Origin: Bugula neritina
Taxonomy: Eukaryota; Animalia; Bryozoa
Reading direction: 5' to 3'
Assembly: GCA_964035545.1 (NCBI GenBank)
Contig: OZ037767.1
Location: 1,685,680 to 1,749,679, forward strand
DNA length: 64,000 nucleotides
Positions 52,501 through 64,000 of this stretch are shown one piece after another. The position numbers and the translations under genes were made by a program. How positions within the stretch are numbered: position 1 is the first letter of the stretch; every line of letters starts with the position of its first letter. Below the pieces are notes generated by a model. That model did not search any database. It worked only from the letters and a program-made list of their open reading frames with translations, and had not been told where the DNA came from.

Positions 52501-55500
52501 AATAAAAGCCAACAATGCAGTTAATAATGGACCCATGCAACTGCTCTATCGCTTTAACTTTGCTTATAACTACAAATTTATTTTAGGTAACTTTGTGAGC
52601 TTCTATTAGTAATAGTACTAGCATTAGTGCGGACTCAAGATTTTTGCATTTAAATTTTAATCTATTTTATGGGTCTAACTCTTTTGGGTGTCGAGTTACC
52701 CCCTCCCAACCCTGGAGGGTATAAAAGCAGTTTTACAATGAATTACAAAATACTCATTCAGAAAGCAATACAAGATGAATAGAGTAAAAAACAATGTAAT
52801 GTCTCAATTTAGCTGTCGCTAGCTATTTCTAGCACTTATAGATCTAATCACAACCAAACATCATAAAGAAAGCGCTCTTTTATACGCTGTTTGATAATAT
52901 TGTAATTAAGTAACATTGCTATTTTTATATTACTGCATATTCGTATTATATTAATGGTATCGTCTTTTGCCTAATAAAAGTAAAAGAATGTGCTTAATAT
53001 AACATCAAAAGAAAGCTTTTAAAGCAGTGTGTATAAAATTATTATAAGTAACTATAATATGCATTATGTCCTTGCTTTATACTGTATATTATATAGTAGC
53101 CTGTAATTGTAACGCATGCTTATTAAGGTTATTTTCAGTAAAAACAGCGACTGAGTTACATTATTTGCAGAAATAGAAGCAGACGCCCACTTCCCTTCTA
53201 GTGCATTAACAAGTTTTTGCTCAACTACGAAGGCACGTGCATATGGATTAACAACTTTGCAAATCAGAAAGTACAATTAAGGTCAAACATGGTTTCTATA
53301 TTAATGTACTAATAGTTCAGACTTTGCTCTCTCCCCTAAAGGTTTTATTCTTTATTTAGATTCTTCTACAAGTTTTATTTCAATTTAAATGTTGAAATTT
53401 GTTATCTAATGGTGTATGTAAGACAGGAAATATACATTTTGTGCTATATCAGAAGATAAGCAATGTTCATTTCATCTACTTTGTAAAGAAAAAGATACAT
53501 TGATGGTACTTATTTAGACAAGTTGGGATCTCTCTGTGCTGTGGAATATATTTTATAGCTAATTTCAAATTCTTTACTTATGCAAGAGTGTACAGAAGGT
53601 GCTTTTGACTAATAAATGCAACTATTTCAAGCATTTTTGGTTCATAGCTTTGTATTCAATAATAAAAAATTCAAGGAAAACCAGAGTCAATTCAATGTTT
53701 ATATTACAGTAGCAAGTTTATAAGATTGCTATTAAATGAAAAAGTAAATTTTACAAAAATAATTCAAATTTAAATTTCAATGTTTTTGTATGAAACAAGA
53801 AATTGTTTTCATTTTCTATATGAATGACCATCTCTGTTATGTCATCATTGATCATTATTTAAGCTTTGATCTCTAATTTATATGACTTCTTATAATATAA
53901 AAGGCAATGACACATTAAACGGAGATATGTAACTCAAAGCCACGCATCTAAAGTGAATATTTAGGTAGCACAAACCGATTGTTATGATAATATACAAATT
54001 TATCGGCAGGCCACACTCATTGCATTGATTATAGCCTTTAATCTATGAAATGTTAAACACTCTTAATAACTTATTGTAACAACCAATACCAATATTTGTG
54101 TAACTTTATCTAATATTTTAGCATTCAAGGGTTAACGAAATACTCTAAGAATTGTCGTTACTTTAGTAATCATCTCTTTGCATGTCATAACTCGAAGCTG
54201 ATCGGTATAAGTTGTGTCAATTCACCTTCTAATGACCTGGTAAGATTGCGTGCAGTACTTTCTCATGCTATATGTAACAATGTATTCCGCGAGCAGTTAA
54301 CATGATAATTGAAATATTATATAGCAAGGAAATTGCTTATTATCAATATTTGAAAACAGGCTATATACAATAAGCGGTTGGTGAACTCCCCTGGTTAATA
54401 ACTCTGTAACATTGATCTCTACATTACTTCTTTCCATTTGTTTACATTTAAGGTGATACTATGCAATGGAAATTTGTTTTAAATTGGTTAGAAATTTTGA
54501 GAAATGCAATCTAGTCCATGCCAATAACTGAATTGTGTGACTTGAGAAAAATAGCTTTATTTTAGAGTTTAACCACTAGTCATGTGACTAGCTACTAAGT
54601 CATGTGACTAGCTACTAATTCATGTGACTAGCTACTAAGTCATGTGACTAGCTACTAAGTCATGTGACCAGTTAGTAAATCATGTGACCAACATCTCTTA
54701 CCAATCACCAACTCGGATCTAGTATGCTTAAAATACAAAGATCTTTGTGTGTTCAAAATGACATCAGGCTTTTTTGCTAAAACAGTAGCTTTAGTATGAA
54801 AACAAGGTATATGGAGCTTTCCTTTATGCCGAGATGCTTCCCAACTATACAAGTCTGCATAAACATTACTATTTATTTCTAGTAACGTTTGGAAAGTAGC
54901 AAAGTGTATGAAATCACCTTTTGTAGTTTCATCACCAGCTAGAGGCTCTTTAAGGGATGTGATATCTCTAAATGTGCACAAGTATAGCACGACGTGGTCC
55001 TTCTCATTACGTATCGGAGCTATCTGGAGATACAGCCATAACGGGGACTCTAAAAACAGCACGTAATTCTCTGAAATCAAATGCATTGTACAGGATTGAT
55101 ATTAGATGTTCCACAGAGCATTGTGTGACGTAGTGTAGCACTTTATTACATGTTATCTCTCTAATACTGCTTACATTTGCCCACTCAACTGTAGTTGCCA
55201 GTTACATTTGCCAGTTTACAGTTATCAGTTTACAGTTGCCAGTTATAGTTCCCATTTTACAGTTGCCAGTTTAACATATTAATGCATTCTCTTTTCATGG
55301 AGCAAAGAATAGACAAGGAACTCAACGACCAACACTGTTTCAGTAGATACTAAACAGGACTCAACTTGCATCATAAAAACTATTATTTTATTGGCAGATT
55401 TAGAATTAATAACTAATTTCGTTACAGTGCTATAAAAGTTCAGTGATCTGAGTACACCTTCTTTACCCAGGCTGGCATGTTAAAACATTTTTTTAGTTAT

Positions 55501-58500
55501 CTGCAGATATAGATATGGTTAAAGATTCATAGCCAACTTTGATTTCACAAGATTTAAACATCATCTTACAACGTAACTGGCCCTCAGAGCTAAGTTGTCA
55601 ATACAACAAATATAACAATAGTTGTTTTTAGAAATGTAGATTAGACTAACTTGTTTTCTTGAGTACCGATACTTCCACCTGACACATTTCCTGTTTCTCA
55701 AACGCCTCTTCCATCTGTGAACAGATTTCCGGGTCGGTATTGTCTCCCCACATGAATCTTAGCATACTACTTTGTTGCATGATTTCTGCTTTGCTGAAGC
55801 CTGAGATCTTACAAAACCCCTCATTGGCAAACACAATCGGGTAGTCCACCACTCTCGCATTGCCAATGATGAAACAGTTATCTAAACATATATAAAACAA
55901 TTGTTATGTTTTTGATGTACGAATAAGACTAAAACAGGTGATGCTAATATTTTTAAAATACCAGAATGTGATAGATGATGATTTGGTTGTAGCTAGATTC
56001 GTCTCTACAGGAAGCTACAAAGTTTTCACTAACTTTTCACTAAGCTTCAAAACAACTTTAATTATGCATTTTGCTGTGTCATTTTCTAACAAAATGTCAT
56101 GCACATAAAAACAACAAAACTTTTAACTTATTATTTATTAATTTCCCAGCCTATTGCTTGCTACTTTATTTAATTGCTTTGCTTTTTGTTTAGATAGGAA
56201 TCCCTGAGGAGGTCAATGGGTAATAAATCTTGTTGACGTGTATTTTTAGTGCACAGCATTTATTAGATGAGAAAATTCTCTTATAATTGGCGTCATATTC
56301 TCATTCAGCGTTGTAAGTTCTATAATTTAAACACATGAATGTGCTGCTGGAAATAAAATAGAACTCCAATAGTTATACACATTTGGTTTCTAAAATGAAG
56401 TTTAACTCATGCACCAAAATTCACTAAGAAAATTAAAGAGCTTAGGCTATAAAAACTTTTTTTATTACTGTCCTAAATAATACAAAACATGATAACGTAG
56501 CTAAGACGAATGAATCTCGGACTGTGCCGGGTGATGAAAGTCCTTCCGTGCGAAATTTTCTTTTAAAACTTAGCACAGATAGAAAACTATGACCCAATTA
56601 TACAATTAATACTATTCAATGCATCATGGGTAATAAATGGCTGCATAATAATAAACAATATGTATCAATAAGGTATTTGTTGAGCAAACATGGAATTATA
56701 TATTTAGCACAGCCAAGCAATTTATAAAACTAACACATTATAGCTGGTTTGCTACTGAAATAGCTTTTGTTTCTAAACAAAATTGCTTTTCTTTATTGAA
56801 ACTGACACTTTTTCCATTTCTTTACCTATAAAATGTATGAATAACAATTATTTTCTCTGCTTGTAAAATTGCTGTATGCCAATGAAACAAAATGTTGGTA
56901 TCTACTAAACCTACAACTTATAGATTATAACTGTGGATGAGCTTCACAATGTTTCCATTGAGATATTCTAAATGTTTGTAACTCACACAAGTTTAAAATC
57001 AATACTTGATTGTGCCATGAACTCTGATGATTGTTCTATAATTGAGTTTATCTCAAAATTAAACATGATTTACACGATTGGACTCAGGTTTTTAGTTCCT
57101 GTATTACCTGTCCACAATGATGGCAGTTGATTAATCCTTAGCATCTGTTAAATGTTAGTCAGTCAGTCAGTCAGTCAGTCAGTCAGTCAGTCAGTCAGTC
57201 AGTCAGTCAGTCAGTCAGTCAGTCAGTCAGTCAGTCAGTCAGTCAGTCAGTCAGTCAGTCAACTGGTCAATTTTCAGCCATATCCTCATTTGCCAGTGAC
57301 TTTTTGCCAGTCCATGAATTACTTAATGCCCCCATTATTTAGCAAATAAATGTGATGTGTGCAAATTGTATACCACAATCTATAATTTCTAAAAATAGTT
57401 TTTTTTATGTAAAGTGAGGTTTTTCAGCTGTTTAATTATTAGGAAACCCAACACCTGGGGAGTGGAGACGTCAAGGAAGTAATTAGGAGCTAACACATGC
57501 CAACAGCTATTCTGTTATTCAAACATTATCAACTTGGCTCTAATTTCGAACTATCAATTTTACTTGATGTAAACCATTCTGCATTTGCTAAGAATCTAGC
57601 TAAACTAATCACAAATGATTGTACCATGTATTTTGTAACTCAGAATTTTTCTGCTAAAAACCTAGTACTATTTATTATATATAAGCTTTCAAAATGTAGG
57701 TAGTGAACTAGTTACAAAGGTTTTATTACTTACGAAGAAAAGTGCAAGTTTAATTGATATGTTAGTACAAACTTTGTAACAACAGTTTTTCTATAACTCG
57801 TTTAAAGCTGAAAAATTCACTATGTTATAGTAGCATTATAACTTAATCAGCAGTTCCAACTGCACTAGTCGTGGATTGAGCTAAATTTTTGCAAGTCTTA
57901 TAATCAAGTTTATTCATGCATTCACAAGGGTTATATATAGCTATATATCATAATTATAGTTTCTAAAGTATATCTCGTGGCACATTCAGGTAGATTTATT
58001 GAACCTGTTTCTAAACACAATAATATTCTAAAGTCTAATTTTAGATCAGCTCTTTTGTGCAGTCGAAGAATAATCTCATATTGATTAATGTAAACAAACG
58101 AGAGCCATTTGTTGCTGTTGCCATAAGTTAGTATTAAATAAAACAAACAATGAACAAGACCTCATAGAATGTAGCAGTGCTCATCAGCACCGTAAAAGAT
58201 CACCAACCTACTATCTGTAATATTATGTTATTTTTAATAATCTTCCAACATATAAAAACAGCTAAAATGTAATGAAAACCAGTCAATGAACCACATATTT
58301 CAGAACTTTAAACTGAACTGTAAACTTTAGTCTATTACTACTAAAAACCTATTTGTAATTTCAACTTTTAGATATATTCAATTCAACATTTCATAACTTA
58401 TCATGTAGTAAAAAACCCAAAATAAATTTCTTTAATTTTGAAAAATATATGACTATGGAGGTTTAAAAAGAACTGATTTGAAGTCTATACACAAAAAGAT

Positions 58501-59324
58501 AATTCTTATTAAATGTTAAATTATTGATTGTAGCAACATTACGATCATTGACATTGCTGACTCTGCTGACCTGTAATTGAAACGAAAATATCTAATAGAT
58601 TCAGAACGTAGCAGGGAATTCAAATCTTCAGTTTTTATATCTAATCAACAAACAAGTAATGATATGATTTAAACAAGCACGTGCCACCACAAAGTTATGC
58701 CTAACATGCATTTCATAATTTAGTGAAATCATCCAATAGACAAACATGGTACTCTCTTCTTAGAACTAAAGAAAATAATAACACTGTTGTATACACTCTC
58801 TTAAACAAAATATTTTTGATGCATTTATAACAAATTGACAGGTTTTGTGTTGCTATAAGGCTTGAGATTTGGTAACTTTAACCAACTAGTGCTGTATGTA
58901 AATATATCCTGCTGTGTAGGAAAGCAAAAATACTAAGATATGATAAAGGTGTCATAAAGGTATCATCAGGGTATCAGCTAGCATTATAGAAGATACTCAT
59001 ATGACATTTTCGCCCATCAATATCCAATATTTCAGTTTGAATAAAAATTTCTACGCTATTTATATTTTATCAACCTCAATATTGCTAACATTATTATTTA
59101 GGTAGTATTAATTAGCAAAAGACTTAAAGAATCTTAATTGCCAAGTGGTATATGCAAAATGCTCCATCGCATATTAACTCTACTTATAATATAGTGCAAT
59201 GATGTATCGAAATTTCAATAATCCAATTGTAAAATAATATATACGTACGCTGGCCCGACGATCTTTTAATTATATTCTCCAGGAAGGTGTTTTGTGGGGC
59301 AACAAGCCCTCGCCTTGAACCCAT
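43548..59324 (-). CDS. eag: ether-a-go-go (eag, Kv10/KCNH1-5 subfamily) voltage-gated K+ channel
   Basis: Exons 59324-59249 ([16 protein letters not shown]), 55881-55651 and 55049-54918 (PAS), optional 52200-52180, 51140-51031 ([12 protein letters not shown]), 50600-50319, 49656-49540, 49128-48900 (S4 [17 protein letters not shown]), 48403-48218 (pore TSVGFGNV), 48044-47845, 46623-46481, 45422-45313, 44986-44790 (CNBHD, LTYNMR), 44573-44429 ([11 protein letters not shown]), 44284-43548 (TGA). Confidence 0.96.
45209..45267. repeat. 11-bp tandem repeat TGAATTGGGTA x5
   Basis: Directly visible, in an eag intron. Confidence 0.9.
46386..46490 (-). repeat. 17-bp tandem repeat containing copies of an eag donor (TTATACAG|GTAATAATG)
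   Basis: The true donor CACAG|GTAATC at 46481/46480 is followed by 5 AG|GTAAT copies. Confidence 0.9.
48755..48885. repeat. 26-bp tandem repeat GTTGCTAGGACACCACATGCTAAGTG x~5
   Basis: Lies in an eag intron, ~15 bp from the donor at 48899. Confidence 0.93.
52180..52200 (-). CDS. Putative 21-nt symmetric microexon of eag (GAGNDPL)
   Basis: Minus strand reads ttgcctacag|GTGCTGGGAATGACCCTCTAG|gtacag. It is phase 1-1, matches the flanking exons and has no stop codon. Confidence 0.6.
   Translation of the reverse strand: MLGMTL
54578..54690. repeat. 20-bp tandem repeat AGTCATGTGACTAGCTACTA x~6
   Basis: Directly visible, in an eag intron. Confidence 0.93.
57157..57260. repeat. (AGTC)n microsatellite
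   Basis: About 26 units. Confidence 0.98.
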
Positions 59325-61365
59325 CACGGATGCTTAGTCCAGTTAATCCACCATGTGTCAAGAGTTAATAATCCAAAACTGGCATGTTTACAGAAGTTGA
59401 TCTCCAGCATCCAAGAGTAAAGTAGTGAAACAAGGAGCTCTCTCGGGGTAATGGCTTCTCTTGAGGTGACGGATTCTTAGAATATCTAATGTGTTGAGGA
59501 GAGCTGACGATTCAGGTGGGACGATACAAATACAACTGATCAGAGTGTTGAAGCAACAGCGTTGGGAAATAAGGCTCATTAGAAAATCAATAAAAACATC
59601 AATACAAGTATTTAACAGAGTCACCTGTAACACACCTACTGTCGGAGTTTACCTAAATCTCTTCTGCTTGAAGACAGCTATTTATAACAATAAGAACTTC
59701 TTACGAGTTGTGTAACACTGTCTTCTGTAAGCAGCTGTCGAACTCTCAAATTTTATAATCAAATGAGAAACAGGCAGCAGCTAGCGTCTGCATGACCTGT
59801 GGCTTTGACAGCAGCCGTTGGTTTCTCACAGTTTCGCTTTCAAAGTCCTTTGTATGTCAAGTAAAAGCATTTTATTTAAGTGTACAATAGAATTTCCTAA
59901 GTTGTTTGTGAAATTGTAAGAGCTATCCCAGAATAAACTAATTTAGTGTGAACCTATAGTAGGTGCTATTCGATCTCACTTCCAGCTGCCAGCTACACGT
60001 GCTGCACGGTGGTGTCGGGTCTAGTTTCAATAGAAGCTGAAGTTTTCAAATGGCAAAGCAGTCAGACGGGCCCCTAATACCTCCAAACTTCAATCTGAAA
60101 GTTTGGTAACTGAATAGACATTGTAGATCTAGCGCTTTTTCAAATAAGAAGCAAAATTCAACTATTATGATTAAATGCATTATCAATTACATTACTAATT
60201 GCAATATCAGTTACATTACTAATAACACTACTAATTACATAACTAATTACATGACCAATAACATTACTAGTTGAGTTTTATTAAAAAAGTAGTAATGAGT
60301 TAAGCACATGGTTGAGCTCAATTGCTAATTCACTTACTTATCACTTATCAATTATAGCAATTACTTTACTTAATACAATATAAGTAATATAAATAACATA
60401 ATACAAGTAATATATTTACTATATATGGCATATATATCTTTCAAATTATTGTACAAAGTATCTAGAGATTACTAAGACTGTAGATACTTAGTTCTAGGTG
60501 CAGGTTTCTAGCTTGCAATAACTTGCAAAATATAAATAACTTTGAAAGGAATTTAAGATGAAATTTTCGAGTATAAATTTGAATCTTTGTTCTCAAAGTT
60601 TATAGTTTTGGAACTCGTGAAAGTATGTGGGCTGTTGTTGAATCAGACTAAACAGTTGCATGTGTCACCCCCTGAGTGACCTGTTCGCAAACATTTTCGT
60701 TATTGATACAACACTCTGAACCAAACATTCACTGCCAGACTCAATGCACTGTTTACAAAACCCGACACATGTATGTTTTTAAATGCATAATGTATGGGCA
60801 CTGATTAAATTCCGACGTGATTTTAACAAATGATTTATGAACGAGCAAACAATTATTAGCTGCATTGCGTCAAACGTGGCCCTTGCTTTACTTTGTACCC
60901 ATGAAATGCTGAGGTTATAAGGTTGAATTGGCAAAAGCCATGAATAATTTAAGCATCTAAAAATTCAAAGTAACACCCAGCTAAAACTTTTTATGGAACA
61001 TTTGAATATTGTTTAAAACAAAATCAGGTGAACTGATCATGCAAATCTCAGAGGAGTGAGATGAGGTTATTTTAAGGCTAGAAGTAGACGTTTATTAGTT
61101 AATTAGTCTGGTGGTCAGTGGTGCTTGAATTTTCAGCCTAGTTTCAGGTGCCCACAGTTAACAAGAACTTTGTCATAATGAGGCAGTGCACGGGTCTATA
61201 GACAACTTGGTTGGAAATTTGTGATCCAACACAAAATATTTAAATTTTTTGATGGTATTTTTTGCCTCAGCCTAAAAGAAGCAACCATGAAACTATGGTG
61301 CTTATTCACTATTTCTTAAGAAAGTAAATGTATTATAATACATACAATAGTATAGTCATAGTATG

Positions 61366-61368
<3 letters not shown>

Positions 61369-61443
<75 letters not shown>
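61369..61443. repeat. (AT)n microsatellite
   Basis: About 37 units. Confidence 0.98.
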
Positions 61444-61450
<7 letters not shown>

Positions 61451-64000
61451 TTAACATTTTAACTTTAGAGGTTTGTTAGAAACAATTCGAAGATAAGTTA
61501 GTGTTTTTTATTCACAAAGTTTCTTCAATTTAAATATTATCATTCACTGTGTGTGCACTTTAAACCTGAACAATAAAAGTGACCTTTAACCTTAATTTCT
61601 TGTCTAATATTCATCAACAATGCATACCACAATAATTATCATAAAAATCAAAATCTCTTAAAATTATATTCCAACCTAAAGCATAGATCAACTGTTTGAA
61701 TATATACGTATAAAGGCAAGTCAGGAATGACCTTTGATGTGTGTCACTAAAGCTGAATGTGTTATTAAACTTCTGTACTTACTGCACTACGTGCACTTCC
61801 TGTGTTATTCAATTCCATCTATTAGAGTCTCTGGGGGCGTAATCATAGACCTCCTCTAATCATTATAAATTGTTGGAACACCAGCTAAGAGGAGACTCTG
61901 CACTCATTACCATCTCTTGTTGAATGAAAAGTTATGTAACTCTAATTAGTCATCTGTAAAACAAAATGGAAAGAACAATGTCAACATTGAAAAATTATTG
62001 TCATGAGCTTTTTCATGTTCATGACATGAGAATATCAAATTCTGGAAAAAATGCAAATGGCCTTGAACTGATTAAAACACTTATTCAATTGGTTTAAAAT
62101 TTTCTTATAATTTGGTGTATTTCAACTTTGCTATTCATGCAATTTCGGCCTACAATGATTTTCTTTAAGTAAAAATTTATGACAGGAATAACATATAGTA
62201 AATGTTTCTTTTGCTACTCTTATAGTGATAATAATAAAAATGAAGAATAAAAAGAATTATATATTTACAAAATATAAAAAAGCTTTATTTTGGTATCACC
62301 AGGGCCAGTGAAAATGCTACAAAGCAGCTGATTGCAAATCAATACAGTTATGTACATGCAGCATTGTAATAGCACGTATCCCAGGGTTACAAGGGGCAAC
62401 ATTTGCTCCATTGTCTGTTATTCTATACAATAGCTTGATAAATACTATCACAGATATTGGTGCCATATTCTATATCTATACACAACTGTGTTTGTTAATT
62501 GACTTGCATTATTTTCTATTCAACAGTATTGTTTACTTGTACCTTTGAAAACACTGCAGGCTAGCCAGATGGTTTTGATGATATTTTTCTCTCATTTAGA
62601 ATAAATTATTTACATAACTTGAAATATGTTATTATAGCTCACTATAGCATAGGACCTGTTACATGCAGCTTAGTAGAATGAGCTTATTTGTTATATAACT
62701 TAATTTATTGTAATATGCTGCATGTGCTTTAATAATAACAGCAAATGTGACTAATATTATAATATTAGTAACAGATATATGACTGATATTTTAGGTTCTA
62801 ATTTATACTCTCAAATTGCTGCCTTGCTATTTTGCTGCTGCACTAAAGATTATCTAGGCCTACCAGCTACAGAGTTTTTTTTCCAGTTGTGATTTTTCCA
62901 CTGGCAATAAAAAGCTTTTGCATGTAAAACACTTGAAGCATATAATACTATTTTAAGCTTCATACAATGTCTTATCAAATCATAATCATATGCTCATTAG
63001 AGAAAGCTTTATATGGAGAAAATTGTTTTAATATAAATTAGGTATAAGCTGTTATGCATTATCTCACGAAATACAATAAATTACATGTTTTTATGCATTA
63101 TTGCATTCCGTTTGGCATTAACATCTTTTCATAGCTATGTATAGCGTGAAATTCTTTTTATCCTATACAACAATTATTTAGCTTTCGTTTAAAATTTGAA
63201 GTGGACAGAACCTTGGATTTATTTGGAGTTGCATTACTGGATTTCCAGTAAATTATTTTGCAACTCAACTACTAGCTACAAAAAGCAGTATTATGTACAC
63301 GTTTTACTCGCGTTGCAACGCGTATAAAGGGATGTAACCTCTTGTAGCGAATTATTGTACACTCAAGGCTAATTCTTTTATTCATCAATATATTATTATT
63401 ATTTGAAAACAGACGTTATTCATGCTTGAACGATCTAGTCAGTGTTAAAAAACGTGACACTTGCAGCCAGTGCTCTCTTTTAGCTTTAATTCTTGTAGGA
63501 GCCTTGCAGTGTAGGAGGGATTTAGGCCTGCCCAGACCACATTGGCCTAGTGTTCATTGGCCTTAGGAGTTCTAGTGTGGGTGATTATGACATCATCAAT
63601 TATGCTCTGTTCTTTCCTCCAACTCCAGAGTCACTGAAATCCTAATCCATTAAAGACACCATAATAAAATGTTCAAATATGTTGGAGTTGATTTGTTGGA
63701 GAACTAGAATTATGAACGATCCTTAGCTGAAATAAAATCTGCAAACATATGCTTTAGTATTATTTGGATTTTTAAACAAAGTATTTAAGCTAAATGCCTT
63801 TCTAAAAAATTTGATATAATCTTTGTAATAATATATATGTTATAACATATTTTATATGTGCTTTGTAATTATATACATGTTTTAATATGTTATATGTTTT
63901 TGATAACTATATATATGCTAATATGTTATATGTCTTTGGAGTCATATATGCTTATATTATTTACTTATTTTACTAAACAGAACTAAAAATTATATAACTA

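Noticed and set aside
59388-59715. Overlapping short ORFs upstream of eag
   Set aside because: No recognisable domain and non-ATG starts; this is probably eag 5' UTR or promoter sequence.

Overview
AT-rich, intron-rich animal genomic DNA, probably an invertebrate; the taxon cannot be fixed from this window. Manual exon assembly supports six spliced genes: ARHGEF33-like RhoGEF (+, ~3.3-18.3 kb, two candidate first coding exons), YIF1 (+, 19148-22803), CatSper1-like sperm Ca2+ channel subunit (-, ~23346-34594), DNAJC4-like J-protein (-, 34917-36465), malonyl-CoA decarboxylase MLYCD (+, 38436-42096) and an eag/Kv10 K+ channel (-, 43548-59324). Many introns hold a private tandem repeat. The main observation is that several of these repeats are amplified copies of the exon-intron junction itself: 13 donor copies and 7 acceptor copies in MLYCD, 6 donors in eag, 3 in DNAJC4, and degenerate copies in CatSper1. 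In the four clearest cases only the exon-proximal copy keeps the reading frame. A 5.9-kb 15-bp satellite with higher-order structure fills a U12-type (minor spliceosome) intron of CatSper1 and shares 10 nt with that intron's donor junction. eag contains a probable 21-nt regulated microexon. The long ORFs at 25.6-31.6 kb are repeat artefacts. All gene models are hand-built and have no transcript evidence.
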